A DNA stretch of 64,000 nucleotides from a virus. A program made the translations under genes and the position numbers. Of the stretch, positions 19,891 to 31,529 are shown one piece after another (position 1 is the stretch's first letter; the number at the start of each line of letters is the position of its first letter). The stretch spans positions 24,747 to 88,746 of the IMG/VR virus record IMGVR_UViG_3300020202_000002; one strand, 5' to 3'. Under the pieces are notes generated by a model. The model worked only from the letters and a program-made list of their open reading frames with translations, made no database searches and was not told the origin of the DNA.

Positions 19891-20933
19891 TGCTTCGCGT
19901 GGGGTCCGTGTCATACGCCTGCGAGCAAGGTTTAGGGCGTCTCATGAAGTCGTTCTACGCCGCTGGCATCGTCGACGATGTGATGGTCTACCGCCACACG
20001 AGTCCGAGCCGACCTACCCTCATGTCTTGGTATCCGCCAAGCACATTGGAGCTGGTTAACCGCCCGTTCAACGGTCCGACGGTCGACGCCTTCCTGAAGA
20101 CAGTGGACGTGATGCTGTTCTGGGAGACGCCGTTCGACTGGGGCTTCATGGACTACTGCCGGGCTCGCGGTGTGCGCACGGCTCTTGTGCCCATGAGCGA
20201 GTGGACCCCCCGGCGCCCACCCGCATGGTTCGATATCGTCATCAGCCCCAGCCTGGAGGACCACGACTACTTCAAGGACGGTCGGTTTGCCGGCTTCACG
20301 TTCCGCGAATGCTTCCTACCGATACCCGTTGACCCGTCGACCTGGCGTCAGCGAACCGTGGCGAAGAGGTTTCTGCACAATGCCGGCCACCTGGGACACG
20401 GAGAGCACAAGGGTACGCGGCAGCTGCTTGAAGCCATGAAGCACGTCAAGAGCGACCTGACGCTGACGGTTCGTGGTCAGCACGACAGCGGGCTACAGAA
20501 CGTGCTGCGTCAGGTGTTCGGTGGCAACGGCACGCATCCGAAGGTCGAGGTCGTGGCGCGAGAGATCCCGTACGAGGAGTTGTTCACCGAGCACGACGTG
20601 TACGTGGCCCCGGAGAAGTGGAATCCGATTAGCCTACCGTTGCAAGAGGCGCGCGCTGCAGGAATGCTGGTGCTGACCACCGATCGGTATCCGATGAATA
20701 CATGGCTGCCCAAGGAAGGCTTGATACCTGCCGAGACGATTCGAAGGGGCTGCGTGAGCCGGAATTACCTGGAAGTGTGCGAGGCAGTCGTGCGTCCTGA
20801 GGCGATCGCCGCCAAGATGGACGCCTGCTACGGCACCGATATCACCGCCTATTCGCAATCGGGCAAGGCGTGGGCCGAAGAACATTCGTGGGCGAACATG
20901 GCCCCGAAGTGGAGAGCATCACTGGAACTATGA
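19890..20933 (+). CDS. GT-B (GT4-like) glycosyltransferase
   Basis: HKGT and ISLPLQEARAAGMLVLTTDRYPMN (GT4 C-terminal signature region). Confidence 0.75.
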   Translation: MLRVGSVSYACEQGLGRLMKSFYAAGIVDDVMVYRHTSPSRPTLMSWYPPSTLELVNRPFNGPTVDAFLKTVDVMLFWETPFDWGFMDYCRARGVRTALVPMSEWTPRRPPAWFDIVISPSLEDHDYFKDGRFAGFTFRECFLPIPVDPSTWRQRTVAKRFLHNAGHLGHGEHKGTRQLLEAMKHVKSDLTLTVRGQHDSGLQNVLRQVFGGNGTHPKVEVVAREIPYEELFTEHDVYVAPEKWNPISLPLQEARAAGMLVLTTDRYPMNTWLPKEGLIPAETIRRGCVSRNYLEVCEAVVRPEAIAAKMDACYGTDITAYSQSGKAWAEEHSWANMAPKWRASLEL

Positions 20934-21563
20934 CCATGGAGCGTGCGATGAGCAAGGAACTAGATCTTCTCGCGTCAGGACCTCAGGGAGACTACCAGCA
21001 ATGGTTCGACAGTCTCGCAAAGGCCCATCTTGAAGATCATCCGCCGAGAACCAGAGCGGAAGAGGCCAGCGAAACATACGCAAAGGTGCTTCGCTACATC
21101 GCCTCTCTCCCGTGGTACAGGTGCCTGAGAATACCGTCCATCGTGGACCTAGTGATTCGACGACGGGAGATATTCGACAAGGCTTCCAAGAAGGGGTCAG
21201 GATCTTACTTGGCGTACCTCGAGCTGGCGGCGAAGGGCTACGACAAGTGTCGGTTGACAAAGGAAGAAGCCGACGCCCTGAAGGGGTGTCTGTCATGACA
21301 CCAACAGAAGTCCACGTTCGCAGCACCATGTACACGGCCATCCTGGGATACGTCGCATCGCTCTGTCACGGCGTCAACGCCGCAGTTTATTGGAAGTTTG
21401 GACAAGACGGTGCACTTGCAGGCATATGGCTCGCTGGCTGCATTGCCTGGGGGCCGTCCGCAATCATCAATACGTCGTCCTGGCGTTTCCAGCAAAAATG
21501 GAGAAACGATGACTACATGGCGCAAGTGGCGTCGAAAGTCAACCACATCAAGGTGCATCGGCA

Positions 21564-22316
21564 ATGAAACCCCTCACCGTCTCCGAACAACTTCGCCTGA
21601 TGACCAGCTGGCTCAAGGAGGGCCGTCCGTTCTTCCACACGCGCTACAACGACGGTGAAGCAACCGCCATGTTCGGGCTGAAGGGCGAGAACGACGTGAA
21701 CACGGACGGGCACCGGTACTTCCGTGACATGGGGAGACGGCTAACGCAGACGTATCATCGCGTCTGCTGCGCCTCCGCTTGGAAGGACAATATCATTGTC
21801 GGCTCATGGTGGCCGGAGGATCCTACTCATGAAGCCGCCGAACTACTGCAAGCTGTGGACGCGGCCATATATGTTCGTTGGTGCCACAGCGACCTCTGGT
21901 TCGACGAGCAGGCCGAAGCGATAGGGGAGTGCGCTGGCGAGGAGTTGATGGAGTTCTTGGGCGCTTTGCTGACGCGTCCGCTCGTAGTCGTCGGTTGCGA
22001 AGCGTTGTTCGGCCACGCGGAGCACGTGCCAACTGAGGCTGACAATGCGTGGGACGAACACAACACGATAATCAGAGAGGCTATGCAGGCCGCTAACGGC
22101 ACCTACAACAACGTATTCTTGTGGGCCTGCGGTTTCACTGGCAAAGTAGCGTCCGAAGCGGTATGGAACGCTTACCCGAACACGACCCACATCGACGTTG
22201 GGGCGTTGCTCTCAGCGCTGGCGGGCAACCCGATCCGCGACTGGATGAAGAAACCCAACGGCACGCACTGGCGTTATCTGCAAGACGTGGTGGTGCCGAA
22301 ACTGAGGAGCGTGTAA
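21564..22316 (+). CDS. GT-D-fold-like glycosyltransferase (paralogue 1)
   Basis: PFFHTRYNDGE and IDVGALL motifs (R..DGE ... IDxG). Confidence 0.55.
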   Translation: MKPLTVSEQLRLMTSWLKEGRPFFHTRYNDGEATAMFGLKGENDVNTDGHRYFRDMGRRLTQTYHRVCCASAWKDNIIVGSWWPEDPTHEAAELLQAVDAAIYVRWCHSDLWFDEQAEAIGECAGEELMEFLGALLTRPLVVVGCEALFGHAEHVPTEADNAWDEHNTIIREAMQAANGTYNNVFLWACGFTGKVASEAVWNAYPNTTHIDVGALLSALAGNPIRDWMKKPNGTHWRYLQDVVVPKLRSV

Positions 22317-22962
22317 TGACTATTGTAAGAATCAGCGATGATCTAAAACTCGAAAACACCATAGTGTCGGTAAAAGGTGTCGAGAGCACCAGAAAGGAGA
22401 TTTGCAAAGGTTCTGGTAGTCGGCAGTTACGATATGATGTGTGGCGAGTTTACGGACCTACGATATCGACGGGATGGTTCATTTTCAAATCTTACATAAT
22501 TCATGCGTTGGCTGAAGTCCACATGCATCCAACCGACAAGGAAATCTGGTGCTACGGACGACAACACATTCCTTTATGCCAAAAACTGGCCGAGGCATTA
22601 CGAGACTACGGGGACTTTCAGGTTGTGCTTGTCACAGAAGACGAGCATAAGTGGACGCCAGCAATGCGAGACTGAAACATCGTTTTCCGAAACTGAGGAG
22701 TATGTGACATGAAACTATGGAACATGTGGTCGGCGTTCTTTGTTGTCATGTTCGTCCCGATGATGCTATGCGCGTTATTTGTGGCTGGGTGCTCCAACAA
22801 CAGAGTAACTGATCAAGACTTCGTCGGCGCAGACACCGAGGTTAAGCTAATCTCAGAGTTTGACGGCGTTAAGTTGTATCGCGTCAAACAGACTAAACCA
22901 TACGTGCACTTTTGGTACATCGTGAAAACGGAAAACGGCGTGGCGCTACGATAGAGAAACAC

Positions 22963-23688
22963 ATGATTCACCGCGAAGGCCTATCGTTCTATCTCGACAA
23001 GCTCCGCTCCGGCGAGCCGTTCAGCTCATATCTCTGGGGCGACGGCGAGTTCGCAGTTGCCGCGCGCCAGCGTACTGGCCGCACGATGCAGAACGGCGAG
23101 GTGGTCACCATCCAGCTGGAAGACGAGCTACGCGCCGCCCTGGCCATCGACGAGCCCAACGTCCTGCACGCCACGGACCCATTCCTTGCCGAGCCGTGGA
23201 CGTACGCCGGCAACGACAAGCATTCGGTCAACAGCATCGCCGCCATGGTGCCACCGCATCGCGACTGGTACGACGGAACGATCTGGGACACGGCGTCAAG
23301 GGAGGGGACGCTGGGGCCGCTACTGAAGGTGCTCAACGAACGAAAAGTTGTTTTTATCGGGAACAATGCACTCTTGAAAGCGCGGCCATTCGAGTACGGC
23401 GTATGGATCCGCGTGCCAGACACTAACGCTTGTTCACATAACTTTGAGCCGCCATTCAAGTGGGACTGCTTTCAAAACGACTTGGTGTTTGTTGCTTGCA
23501 TGGGAATCAGCGCCATCCCAACTCTTGCCAGGATACGCAGGTTGCGCCCAGGCTGTACCTTCCTCGACCTCGGCTCCACCTTCGACGTGTTCGCCAAGAT
23601 CGGGGCTGAACGCGGCTGGAGGCAGGAATTGTACCGGGACGAACAGCGCTGGCAGGAACTGATCGCCAAGCACCGGGAGGGCGCATGA
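22963..23688 (+). CDS. GT-D-fold-like glycosyltransferase (paralogue 2)
   Basis: PFSSYLWGDGE and FLDLGSTFD motifs. Confidence 0.55.
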   Translation: MIHREGLSFYLDKLRSGEPFSSYLWGDGEFAVAARQRTGRTMQNGEVVTIQLEDELRAALAIDEPNVLHATDPFLAEPWTYAGNDKHSVNSIAAMVPPHRDWYDGTIWDTASREGTLGPLLKVLNERKVVFIGNNALLKARPFEYGVWIRVPDTNACSHNFEPPFKWDCFQNDLVFVACMGISAIPTLARIRRLRPGCTFLDLGSTFDVFAKIGAERGWRQELYRDEQRWQELIAKHREGA

Positions 23689-23890
23689 TCGACTTTCTAA
23701 CCAAGAGCGATGCCGACAAGCTGTACGCACCAAGTAAAGCGTGGATTGGCGATTTCGTGTGCATCTATGCGCCACTGTTAGTCGTTCTGTTTGCAAGTAT
23801 CGCTAAGCTTGAAAAGAGCGTCCAAGACATCGAAGAGCGTATCGAGAAACTGTCAGCGGAGGTGGCTAAGTCGCCACAAAGGGAGGGCAA

Positions 23891-24586
23891 GTGATGCCCA
23901 TGGTTCGTATGCTCGACGGCAGCACGATGGACACCATGGATCCTGTTTTCGACCCGAACAACGCGGATCCGTCGCAGTTCGACCCGTCTCCTGAAGATCC
24001 GCTGGGCGTGCTGGCACCGTTCCTGACGCATTCGCCGAAGTGGGTCATTATGGCCGGCCTGGGTGATGTGGACGAAATCGGCCCGGCGCGAAAACGGTGG
24101 CCGCGGGCAAGGTATCTGGGCATCGAGCCGGACCCGCGAGCGATCACCTGGCAGCGCGAGCGCAGCTGGCCACCGGAGCAGCCCATCGTCTGCGCGGCTC
24201 TGTCCGGCAAGATAGGCACAGCGACCATCCGCATGGACTCGATTTGCTGCCCAAGCATGCACCCGGAAAACATCGCTGCCGCGCCGCCGGAGCAGTTGCA
24301 GACGGTGACCACGACGACACTGGACACATTGGACCGCGAATATGGTCCGTTCGTTCGCGCCATTCTCTGGCTCGACTGCGAAGGCTGGGACTACACGGCA
24401 CTCTTGGGAGCAAAGAACCTGCTCGCGTCCGGGCGCGTCGACATGGTGAACGTGGAGATCTGGTATCGCCAACCAGAGACGAACGAGAAGATGCGACGGC
24501 TGCTGGCTGACGCTGGGTATGTGCGGGTGTTGACGTGGTTCCGCCAGTGGTGGGGGTGCAACGAAGCGTATCGGAGGGTGCCGTGA
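23891..24586 (+). CDS. FkbM-family methyltransferase
   Basis: GIEPDP, AALS, TTTLD, LWLDCEGWD...L.GA motifs. Confidence 0.75.
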   Translation: MMPMVRMLDGSTMDTMDPVFDPNNADPSQFDPSPEDPLGVLAPFLTHSPKWVIMAGLGDVDEIGPARKRWPRARYLGIEPDPRAITWQRERSWPPEQPIVCAALSGKIGTATIRMDSICCPSMHPENIAAAPPEQLQTVTTTTLDTLDREYGPFVRAILWLDCEGWDYTALLGAKNLLASGRVDMVNVEIWYRQPETNEKMRRLLADAGYVRVLTWFRQWWGCNEAYRRVP

Positions 24587-25056
24587 TGGACCGGTGGACA
24601 GTCGGGTTCTGGCACGAACGAATTCGCGCTGCCATGCAAGGCGGCAAGGGACTGCGCGAGGCGATCAGCGATTGCGGATCGGATGTCAACTACTGGAAGC
24701 GCATTGACGGACAGGCACAGGCGATTCTTGCGGAACACGTCCAGCCCGGAGACAAGGTTCTCGATGTCGGCTGCGGCCTGGGCGACTTGTCGGCGCTGTT
24801 GCCTCCTGACGTGGTGTATGTGGGCGTGGATTTTGTCCCTGAGTTCGTGGCCGAGGCCGAGCGGAGATTCCCGAGCAGAGAGTTTGTTGGCGGCGACCTT
24901 CACGACTTGAGCAGGTTTGCTGACCGCTCGTTTGACTGGGTCATCGCCAGAGGAGGCACCAGCGAAGTCAACCCCGAGATGCGACGGGTGGCTTGTGGAG
25001 CAGTCCTGATGTCGTTTTCGGATCCGGTGCAAGCTGATGTGGCCAGGTGGGGGTGA
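24586..25056 (+). CDS. Class I SAM-dependent methyltransferase
   Basis: VLDVGCGLG...YVGVDF...SFDWV. Confidence 0.8.
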   Translation: MDRWTVGFWHERIRAAMQGGKGLREAISDCGSDVNYWKRIDGQAQAILAEHVQPGDKVLDVGCGLGDLSALLPPDVVYVGVDFVPEFVAEAERRFPSREFVGGDLHDLSRFADRSFDWVIARGGTSEVNPEMRRVACGAVLMSFSDPVQADVARWG

Positions 25057-25059
25057 CGG

Positions 25060-25710
25060 ATGCTGAACGGAATCAAAAAAGCCGCCGCCTTCTTCTGCCA
25101 CCAGGACGACGAAATGGTGGCGGCTGGCACGCTTCATCGCCTTGCCAGCGCCGGCTGCGAGGTGCATGTCGTATCGTTCTCGCCATGCGCCACGATTAAT
25201 GACCGCATGGGAACCGAAGTATCGTCTCGTCTTGTTCTGCCGGAATGGCACCTATCGATGGACCTGATCGGCGTAGGGCAGGAGCAACGGCACTTTCTCA
25301 ACTACACGCCAAGCGTGAGCATTGCTGATCGTCGTCAGGACGTGGCCAACTATGTATTCGACTTCTGCGAGCGCGAGCGGCCGGACGTGGCGTTCGTCTT
25401 GTCGCCAGAGGATGAAAACACGGCGCATGCAGTGGTCGGCGTCGAGTGTGAGCGGGTCATGCGCGGCCGCGTTCCCATGGTGGTTCGGTGTAACTTCGCG
25501 TGGAACTATTCCATCGGCAGGCCGAACCTGTTCGTGGCGCTCTCGGACAAGGACCTGGACATCAAGCGGCGCGTGATCAATGCCTACCAATCGCAGAAAT
25601 TTAGGTACGACTACGGTGCCATGTTGATGGCGTACTGCATCGGCGATGGCAAGAGCGTCAAGGTCGCGGCGGCGGAGCGTTTCGAGATCATCAGGAGCGT
25701 CGTTACATGA
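25060..25710 (+). CDS. PIG-L/LmbE-family deacetylase
   Basis: HQDDE motif, AH, K...INAYQSQ. Confidence 0.75.
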   Translation: MLNGIKKAAAFFCHQDDEMVAAGTLHRLASAGCEVHVVSFSPCATINDRMGTEVSSRLVLPEWHLSMDLIGVGQEQRHFLNYTPSVSIADRRQDVANYVFDFCERERPDVAFVLSPEDENTAHAVVGVECERVMRGRVPMVVRCNFAWNYSIGRPNLFVALSDKDLDIKRRVINAYQSQKFRYDYGAMLMAYCIGDGKSVKVAAAERFEIIRSVVT

Positions 25711-26366
25711 GCCACATCGTCATTGCCGGCGCATCCGGGGCCATCGGCACGGCTCTCGTTCGGAAGTATCTGGACGAAGGGCATGTGGTGACGGCACTGA
25801 TCAATAGAAGCTACCTTGAATTCGGACACAAGCATTTGCACGAGAGGCTTATCAACACTGACGAGATTGACGTGCCCCAAAAGGTAGACGCTCTGATAAC
25901 GCTGACTGCCGACACGAGGAACAAGAAACTTGGCAAGATGGACATCAACGAGTGGGAATCGGTGCTACGCTCGACTCTGACATCACCGTTTCAGTGCATA
26001 AACGCGCTGGCGTCAACGTTGGTAACCGGCGCGTCCATTGTCGTCGTCGGTTCTATTGTCGGCAGCCTTGGGGGGTACGGCTGCGCGAACTACGCCGCGG
26101 CCAAGGCCGGACTCGTGGGCCTTGTCCGCGCGGCTGCAAACGAGCTGGCCGGCCGCAAGATCCGCGTGAACCTGCTTGAGTTGGGCTACGTCAACGCCGG
26201 CATGGGCGAGCGTCTGTCGGACGACATCAAGGCCAAGGTGACCGAGACGATTCCGCTGAAGCGGTTTGCTGAGGTTGACGAGGTGTTGCACGCGATCGAG
26301 TTCTTGAGGACGGCCACGTACATGACTGGCAACACGCTAACTGTAGCAGGAGGGCTAAGGGCATGA
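25707..26366 (+). CDS. SDR-family (FabG-like) oxidoreductase
   Basis: GASGAIG, NYAAAKAG (YxxxK), IPLKRF, YMTG. Confidence 0.85.
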   Translation: MSHIVIAGASGAIGTALVRKYLDEGHVVTALINRSYLEFGHKHLHERLINTDEIDVPQKVDALITLTADTRNKKLGKMDINEWESVLRSTLTSPFQCINALASTLVTGASIVVVGSIVGSLGGYGCANYAAAKAGLVGLVRAAANELAGRKIRVNLLELGYVNAGMGERLSDDIKAKVTETIPLKRFAEVDEVLHAIEFLRTATYMTGNTLTVAGGLRA

Positions 26367-27132
26367 AGGTATATGTAGCAACCGAGGGATCGTATGCGGA
26401 TTATCACATCAGCGCCATCTTCTCTTCGCGGGAGAAGGCGGAAGAGTACATGGGCAACATGCCCGACCGGTTCAACGAGATCGAAGAGTATGAGCTGGAC
26501 TCTGAGCCGCCGCGAGTGTTCGGTCAACAGTGGGTTGCGGCATTGAAACTGGATGGGAGCGTTGATGCGCACTACACGCATATGTATATCACGGACGTTC
26601 CGGTTGAACACAGACAAGGCGAGCGGGGCTGGGGTGAGACGAAGGATTATGGGTTTATGAAGGCTGACCGGTTTAACTATGCGTGGTTCAGCGGACGTTC
26701 GTTCGTCAGCGCTGAGCACGCCCACAAGCTTGCCGTCGAGCAGCGACAGAAAGCCCTGGTGGAGCATCCGGAATGGTTCGAGGGTGTCAAGTAGATGACC
26801 TCCCCCACCACCTTAGGTAAAGGAGCAGCCATGAATAAAAAACCGACAACTAAGCCTCTGAATGTCACCATAAAAGGCAAGACGTTCAAGATGTCGGCTG
26901 TGAAGAATGTTTACAACACAACCAGGGACTGGTGGGAATGCGCACCGTTCTCGGTGACGCGGTGGTTAGACACGCGAAAGTCCGGCTTACCGCCATGGGA
27001 AATAACCATGTCCGGACCCTGGTACGGCGACAGCGATCCGCAAGGCATGGGAGCTACATTGGAAGAGGCTGTCTCAAACTTTGAAGATGCCATCGACCGT
27101 TGGGTCAGCTATTTGCAGACATTAGGCCAGAA

Positions 27133-27714
27133 ATGAACAGCCCAGCCACCGTCGAATTCTGGCTAGACCGCATCCGCGCGGCCGTCGCTGAAGACCGCCA
27201 CGACCCCGTACGTGCCGCGCTGGGCTACGCTGGTGCTGCCGAGACGCTGCGCAACGTCAAGAACAGCATTCGCATCCTGGACCGCTACGTTCGCCATGGG
27301 GACCGCGTTCTCGAAATCGGCTGCGGCTGCGGTGACCTGTATCCGCTCATGCCAGAAGGCGTGGACTACTGGGGCATCGATCTTGTGCCGGACTTCATCG
27401 AGGAAGCGAGGAAAGCCTACGTCGAGCCACGATCGCTGCACATGCGCGACTCGTGCCGGTTCGACGTAATCGACATCGTGAAGGACCACTGGGACTTTCG
27501 CGACAACCTGAACAGCCACAATTGGGACGTGGTTGTCGGCAAGATGGTGGAGGCAACCATCGGCGGGTCAGTCGGCAAAGATACGTGGCACGAGGTCATG
27601 ACGACGCTAGTCTGCGTCGGCAGAAAGGTGATCTTGTGGTCCAGCCATCACACGGTTCCCAGCGTGTTCGTCGCGGCCGGCGGCAAGCCGATTCAGACGC
27701 AGGAGGCGAAATGA
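27133..27714 (+). CDS. Class I SAM-dependent methyltransferase (paralogue of 24586..25056)
   Basis: TVEFWLDRIRAA versus TVGFWHERIRAA; VLEIGCGCG...YWGIDLVP. Confidence 0.75.
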   Translation: MNSPATVEFWLDRIRAAVAEDRHDPVRAALGYAGAAETLRNVKNSIRILDRYVRHGDRVLEIGCGCGDLYPLMPEGVDYWGIDLVPDFIEEARKAYVEPRSLHMRDSCRFDVIDIVKDHWDFRDNLNSHNWDVVVGKMVEATIGGSVGKDTWHEVMTTLVCVGRKVILWSSHHTVPSVFVAAGGKPIQTQEAK

Positions 27715-28595
27715 CGACGGAGCATTATCCCGGCATGGCCATCTCGCCCGGCAGCGTTCGCACCGTCTACCGCCCGCAGGTTCGCTCGGGCAAGTTCCAC
27801 GCCGGCAAGGATTGCACCATCGGCGAGAACGTGGTGGTCGACGTGGCGGAAGAGTGCGTCATCGGGGACCGCTGCGTCATTCCGGACAACGCCTACCTGT
27901 GCGGGCGGCGAATCGAAATAGGCAACGATTTTTTCGGCTACACCCACTGGAACCGTCGTCTCGAAGTCGGTCTGGGGCGGCGCGACGACGAGTTTGCCAT
28001 TCTCAAGGTCGGCTCACGATGTACGTTCCATGACAACCGAATCGACCTGGCCCGCGAAGTGACCATCGGCGATGACGTTGGGCTGTCGCCCGAAGTGACT
28101 CTGTATACGCATTTTTATTGGCTCTCGGAATTGGAAGGGTTTCCGGTTGGCTATGCCCCAATCGAGGTTAAGTCCGGGGCCATCATCGGCTATAGGTCAA
28201 CTTTGCTGCCAGGCTGCGTTGTGGGCATGAAGTGCGTCGTGGGTGCAGGCAGTATTGTCAAAGGGCACCTTGCCGACGAAACAGTCAACGCTGGAAACCC
28301 GGCACAATACATTCGGCACATCGACACTCCGGACCTTGGCTGGCAGAAAGCCACGATGATGAGGATTCTCGACGAATATAAAGCCTCGTGCGAATATAGG
28401 AAATGCGGCCACCATGTGCAGATGGACGAATGGCCGATCGTCAAGTCCGGTGCGGCGTCGTTCGATGTTAAGGCATGCAAGATCGTGAGCGGTCACGAAA
28501 ACGACCTTACGGATGATCTTCGCGACTGGCTGTTTCGGCATGGAATTAGGATATACACACAACGACCTTTTCGGAAACTATCAAAGGTGTCATGA
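27711..28595 (+). CDS. Left-handed beta-helix (hexapeptide) acyltransferase
   Basis: Hexapeptide repeats IGENVV/IGDRCV/IGDDVG, VVGAGSIV, AGNPA. Confidence 0.8.
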   Translation: MTTEHYPGMAISPGSVRTVYRPQVRSGKFHAGKDCTIGENVVVDVAEECVIGDRCVIPDNAYLCGRRIEIGNDFFGYTHWNRRLEVGLGRRDDEFAILKVGSRCTFHDNRIDLAREVTIGDDVGLSPEVTLYTHFYWLSELEGFPVGYAPIEVKSGAIIGYRSTLLPGCVVGMKCVVGAGSIVKGHLADETVNAGNPAQYIRHIDTPDLGWQKATMMRILDEYKASCEYRKCGHHVQMDEWPIVKSGAASFDVKACKIVSGHENDLTDDLRDWLFRHGIRIYTQRPFRKLSKVS

Positions 28596-29344
28596 TGGTA
28601 GCTTTTAAGGAAGCAAATGGATTCCCCGGATATCGTGTCGGTGACGATGGCAGCGTGTGGACGTGCTGGAAAACTAATGGCCAAAAACCATCTGTGATGT
28701 CGAATGCATGGAAGCGAATGCGTCCTGGTCATCTCAAGAACGGATACCTGCAAGTGGCGCTTTCCAGAGGCGGCAAGAGGTTTCAAAAGAAGGTCCACCA
28801 TCTTGTTTTGGAGGCGTTCGTCGGCGTTCGCGCCCATGGGCAGGAAACGCGGCACAAGAATGGCATCCCAAGCGACAATCGATTGGACAATTTGTGCTGG
28901 GGCACGCATTCCGAAAACTACCAGGATCGTGTTCGACATGGCACCGACAATAGAGGCGACAGAAACGGTCCATCTATACTGACGGACGATGATGTGAAGG
29001 ACATCGTGGCGCTTCTTAGAACCACAGACCAATCTCAAGAACAAATAGCCAAGACGTTTGGTGTGACGCAAGGAACCATCGCTCATATCAACAATGGCAG
29101 AAGTTGGGGCCATCTCACCGGAGCGTCTCGCGGGCCACTCGTGAGTCGACGGAGGCCTCTTGGCACTGGAGTCGTGGCAAAAATGCTGGGCGTCGGTTCC
29201 ACCGCAGTGCAACGGTGGATGGACACGGGAATACTTCAGTCATGGCGTGTCAACTCTCATCGGAGAACGTCGCTAGATCACGTTCGGGCGTTTGCCAAAC
29301 AGCGAGGCATCGTGATCCAGGAGGGCGCGTTGTGCCGCGTGTGA
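28592..29344 (+). CDS. NUMOD4/HNH homing endonuclease with C-terminal HTH domains
   Basis: FPGYRVGDDGSV, VHHLVLEAFVG, RHKNGIPSDNRLDNLCWGTHSEN. Confidence 0.85.
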   Translation: MMVAFKEANGFPGYRVGDDGSVWTCWKTNGQKPSVMSNAWKRMRPGHLKNGYLQVALSRGGKRFQKKVHHLVLEAFVGVRAHGQETRHKNGIPSDNRLDNLCWGTHSENYQDRVRHGTDNRGDRNGPSILTDDDVKDIVALLRTTDQSQEQIAKTFGVTQGTIAHINNGRSWGHLTGASRGPLVSRRRPLGTGVVAKMLGVGSTAVQRWMDTGILQSWRVNSHRRTSLDHVRAFAKQRGIVIQEGALCRV

Positions 29345-30204
29345 TGCTAGCTACGCTCTGTCTAAACGAGATGGAGTTTTTGCGTGTTTTGGTCGAACAA
29401 CATCGCGACTGGCCGGGCCTTAGCCGCTGGATCTTCGTAGAAGCCTGCGACGGCGCGTACGGGAGCGCCAACCCCGACATGGTGACCAACGCTGGCCTAT
29501 CGGTCGACGGTACGTCGGAGTTCCTCGCCGACCTCGCTGCGAAAGACTCGCGCGTGACCTACATCCCGTACGGTTACAGCCACAGCTTCGCGTTTCCCGG
29601 CGAACCGGAGAAGGGTAAGTGCGGGGCGCGGCAGGCGTATCTTGACGTGGCGGAAACCATCCGGCCGGATTACGTCATCAGCATCGACGCCGACGAATTT
29701 TACACTCGCGACCACCAGCACCGCATCATCGAGGTGATGGATGCCCACCGGGACTACGATTCGTTCATCTTCAACCGCCGCGAGATTTGGCGACCGCCGC
29801 TATGCTCCGAAATGGCCCTGTTCAGCTACGAGGTCGTGGGTGGCTTCTGGTCGATCCCATGCTGTCACTGGTGGCGCTGGCAGCCTGGCATGCACCATCG
29901 CACCTGCCACAACACCCCGCACACGGCAGACGGCAAGCCGATGAACGACCGCATCTTCGACGCGCGCGAGCATCCGGGCATGCCCGAGATGATCCACATG
30001 GGATTCGCGGCGTCTGCGCGAACCAGGCTGGCGAAGAATAACTACTACGCCCAGCGCGGAGAGTCTGCGGATCCCAAACGACGCTGGTACGTGGAGAGCC
30101 GCGCGGCGTGGGCACGCTGGCACGCGGGGAAGACGCTGCCGCGGGATGCGAAGGTTTTGCCGTTTGTGGGCGATATCCCGGAATGTTTTAGAGGAATCGC
30201 CTGA
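29332..30204 (+). CDS. GT2-like glycosyltransferase
   Basis: LNE, SVDGT, ISIDADEFY (DxD), HMGFA; GTG start after GGAGG. Confidence 0.75.
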   Translation: MPRVMLATLCLNEMEFLRVLVEQHRDWPGLSRWIFVEACDGAYGSANPDMVTNAGLSVDGTSEFLADLAAKDSRVTYIPYGYSHSFAFPGEPEKGKCGARQAYLDVAETIRPDYVISIDADEFYTRDHQHRIIEVMDAHRDYDSFIFNRREIWRPPLCSEMALFSYEVVGGFWSIPCCHWWRWQPGMHHRTCHNTPHTADGKPMNDRIFDAREHPGMPEMIHMGFAASARTRLAKNNYYAQRGESADPKRRWYVESRAAWARWHAGKTLPRDAKVLPFVGDIPECFRGIA

Positions 30205-30614
30205 TTCCAGAGTGTTGTCTGGCAAGGGAGATAGCACATGGCCAAGTTGCTTCTGATGTTTGGGTTCTGCGCCACGATGGTCGTAATGTGGAGGCATAGA
30301 GAATACAAGGACGAGTTTTACACAACGGAGTTGTCCCACAAGGTTGTGTCTCTTATGAAACAGCCTGGGTGGAAGCTCGACGGAGACATTTGCCGCAACG
30401 CCTCCATTGGAATGTCGGTCGTGGCATCGCCAACTCGATTCTGGAATTTCGAACAAGGAACGCTTTACGCCGTAACCGTAACTGTCGACGGCCAGGCGGA
30501 GATCAACCTTGTCGACGGCAGAGCTGCCGACAGCAGAGCCATTCTCAAAGAGTACAAACGCTTGGTTCGCGAACTGCAGCAGGACGCTATCAACAAACTC
30601 CACGGCGAGCCAGA

Positions 30615-31529
30615 ATGAGAGTTTTCTTCCCCCGCTACCTGATCGAATCCCACCGCGAGCCGTGGCAATCGGCCAAGCTGGTCTGCGAACTGGCCAAGCT
30701 CGACGTGCATTGCCTGCTCGAAATGGACCGCTCGATCGACGTGGTGTTCTGCGGGGGCATCTCCGTCGTCGAAGATGCAGCCAACGGGTTCAAGAAGGAT
30801 CCCTACGGACGACTGGTTCCCGGATATCGCGATTTCCCCAAGGTGCCGGTAGTGCACTACTGCTGGGACCTGTACCCGTGGGTGGTGACAAACAAGGACT
30901 ACCCCGACCATCGGCGCTGGGTCCACTACATGCGGGAACTGCGGCGGGCCAAAGAGGTCTGGGTGCCGACCACGCCGGTAGTGAAGCGCGTCGAGCAGTT
31001 CCTGAAGCGTGACGCGCACGTGGTCAAGTGCCCGGTGCCGTTCTGGGATCCTGACGAGCCAGCCCGAGACGGCGGTTACGTTGTCGACGTGATGAGGCGA
31101 TACCCGAAAGAACCGAATGTGGGCCTGGTGACCAAGGTGTGCGCCGAACTGGGCATACCGCACGCCGAGACGGGGGCCTCGCTTTCCTGGGACGACTACC
31201 GCCGCACGATCGCCAACGCGAGGCTGCTGGTGTCGTCGTACTACGAGGCGTCAACGGGGAGCCTGGCGCTGCTCGAAGGCTACCGGCTGGGGAAACCGGT
31301 GCTGCTGTCGGATTCGCCATGGCATGGGGGGCGGGACTTGTTCGGGGACCGGGCGACGTATTTCCGGTGGGATGACGAGCAGGAGTTCGCCGCGACGCTC
31401 AACATCGTGTACCAGGCTGGCGTCACAGCGCCCGAGGACTCTGCCTACTGGGCTGAAGCAACCTACGGCGAGACGGCTTTCGCGCACCGGATGGCGGAGA
31501 GGCTGCGGGAGGTGGTAGGTGGACGGTGA
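30615..31529 (+). CDS. GT-B (GT4-like) glycosyltransferase
   Basis: YCWDLYPW and EASTGSLALLEGYRLGKPVLLSD. Confidence 0.75.
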   Translation: MRVFFPRYLIESHREPWQSAKLVCELAKLDVHCLLEMDRSIDVVFCGGISVVEDAANGFKKDPYGRLVPGYRDFPKVPVVHYCWDLYPWVVTNKDYPDHRRWVHYMRELRRAKEVWVPTTPVVKRVEQFLKRDAHVVKCPVPFWDPDEPARDGGYVVDVMRRYPKEPNVGLVTKVCAELGIPHAETGASLSWDDYRRTIANARLLVSSYYEASTGSLALLEGYRLGKPVLLSDSPWHGGRDLFGDRATYFRWDDEQEFAATLNIVYQAGVTAPEDSAYWAEATYGETAFAHRMAERLREVVGGR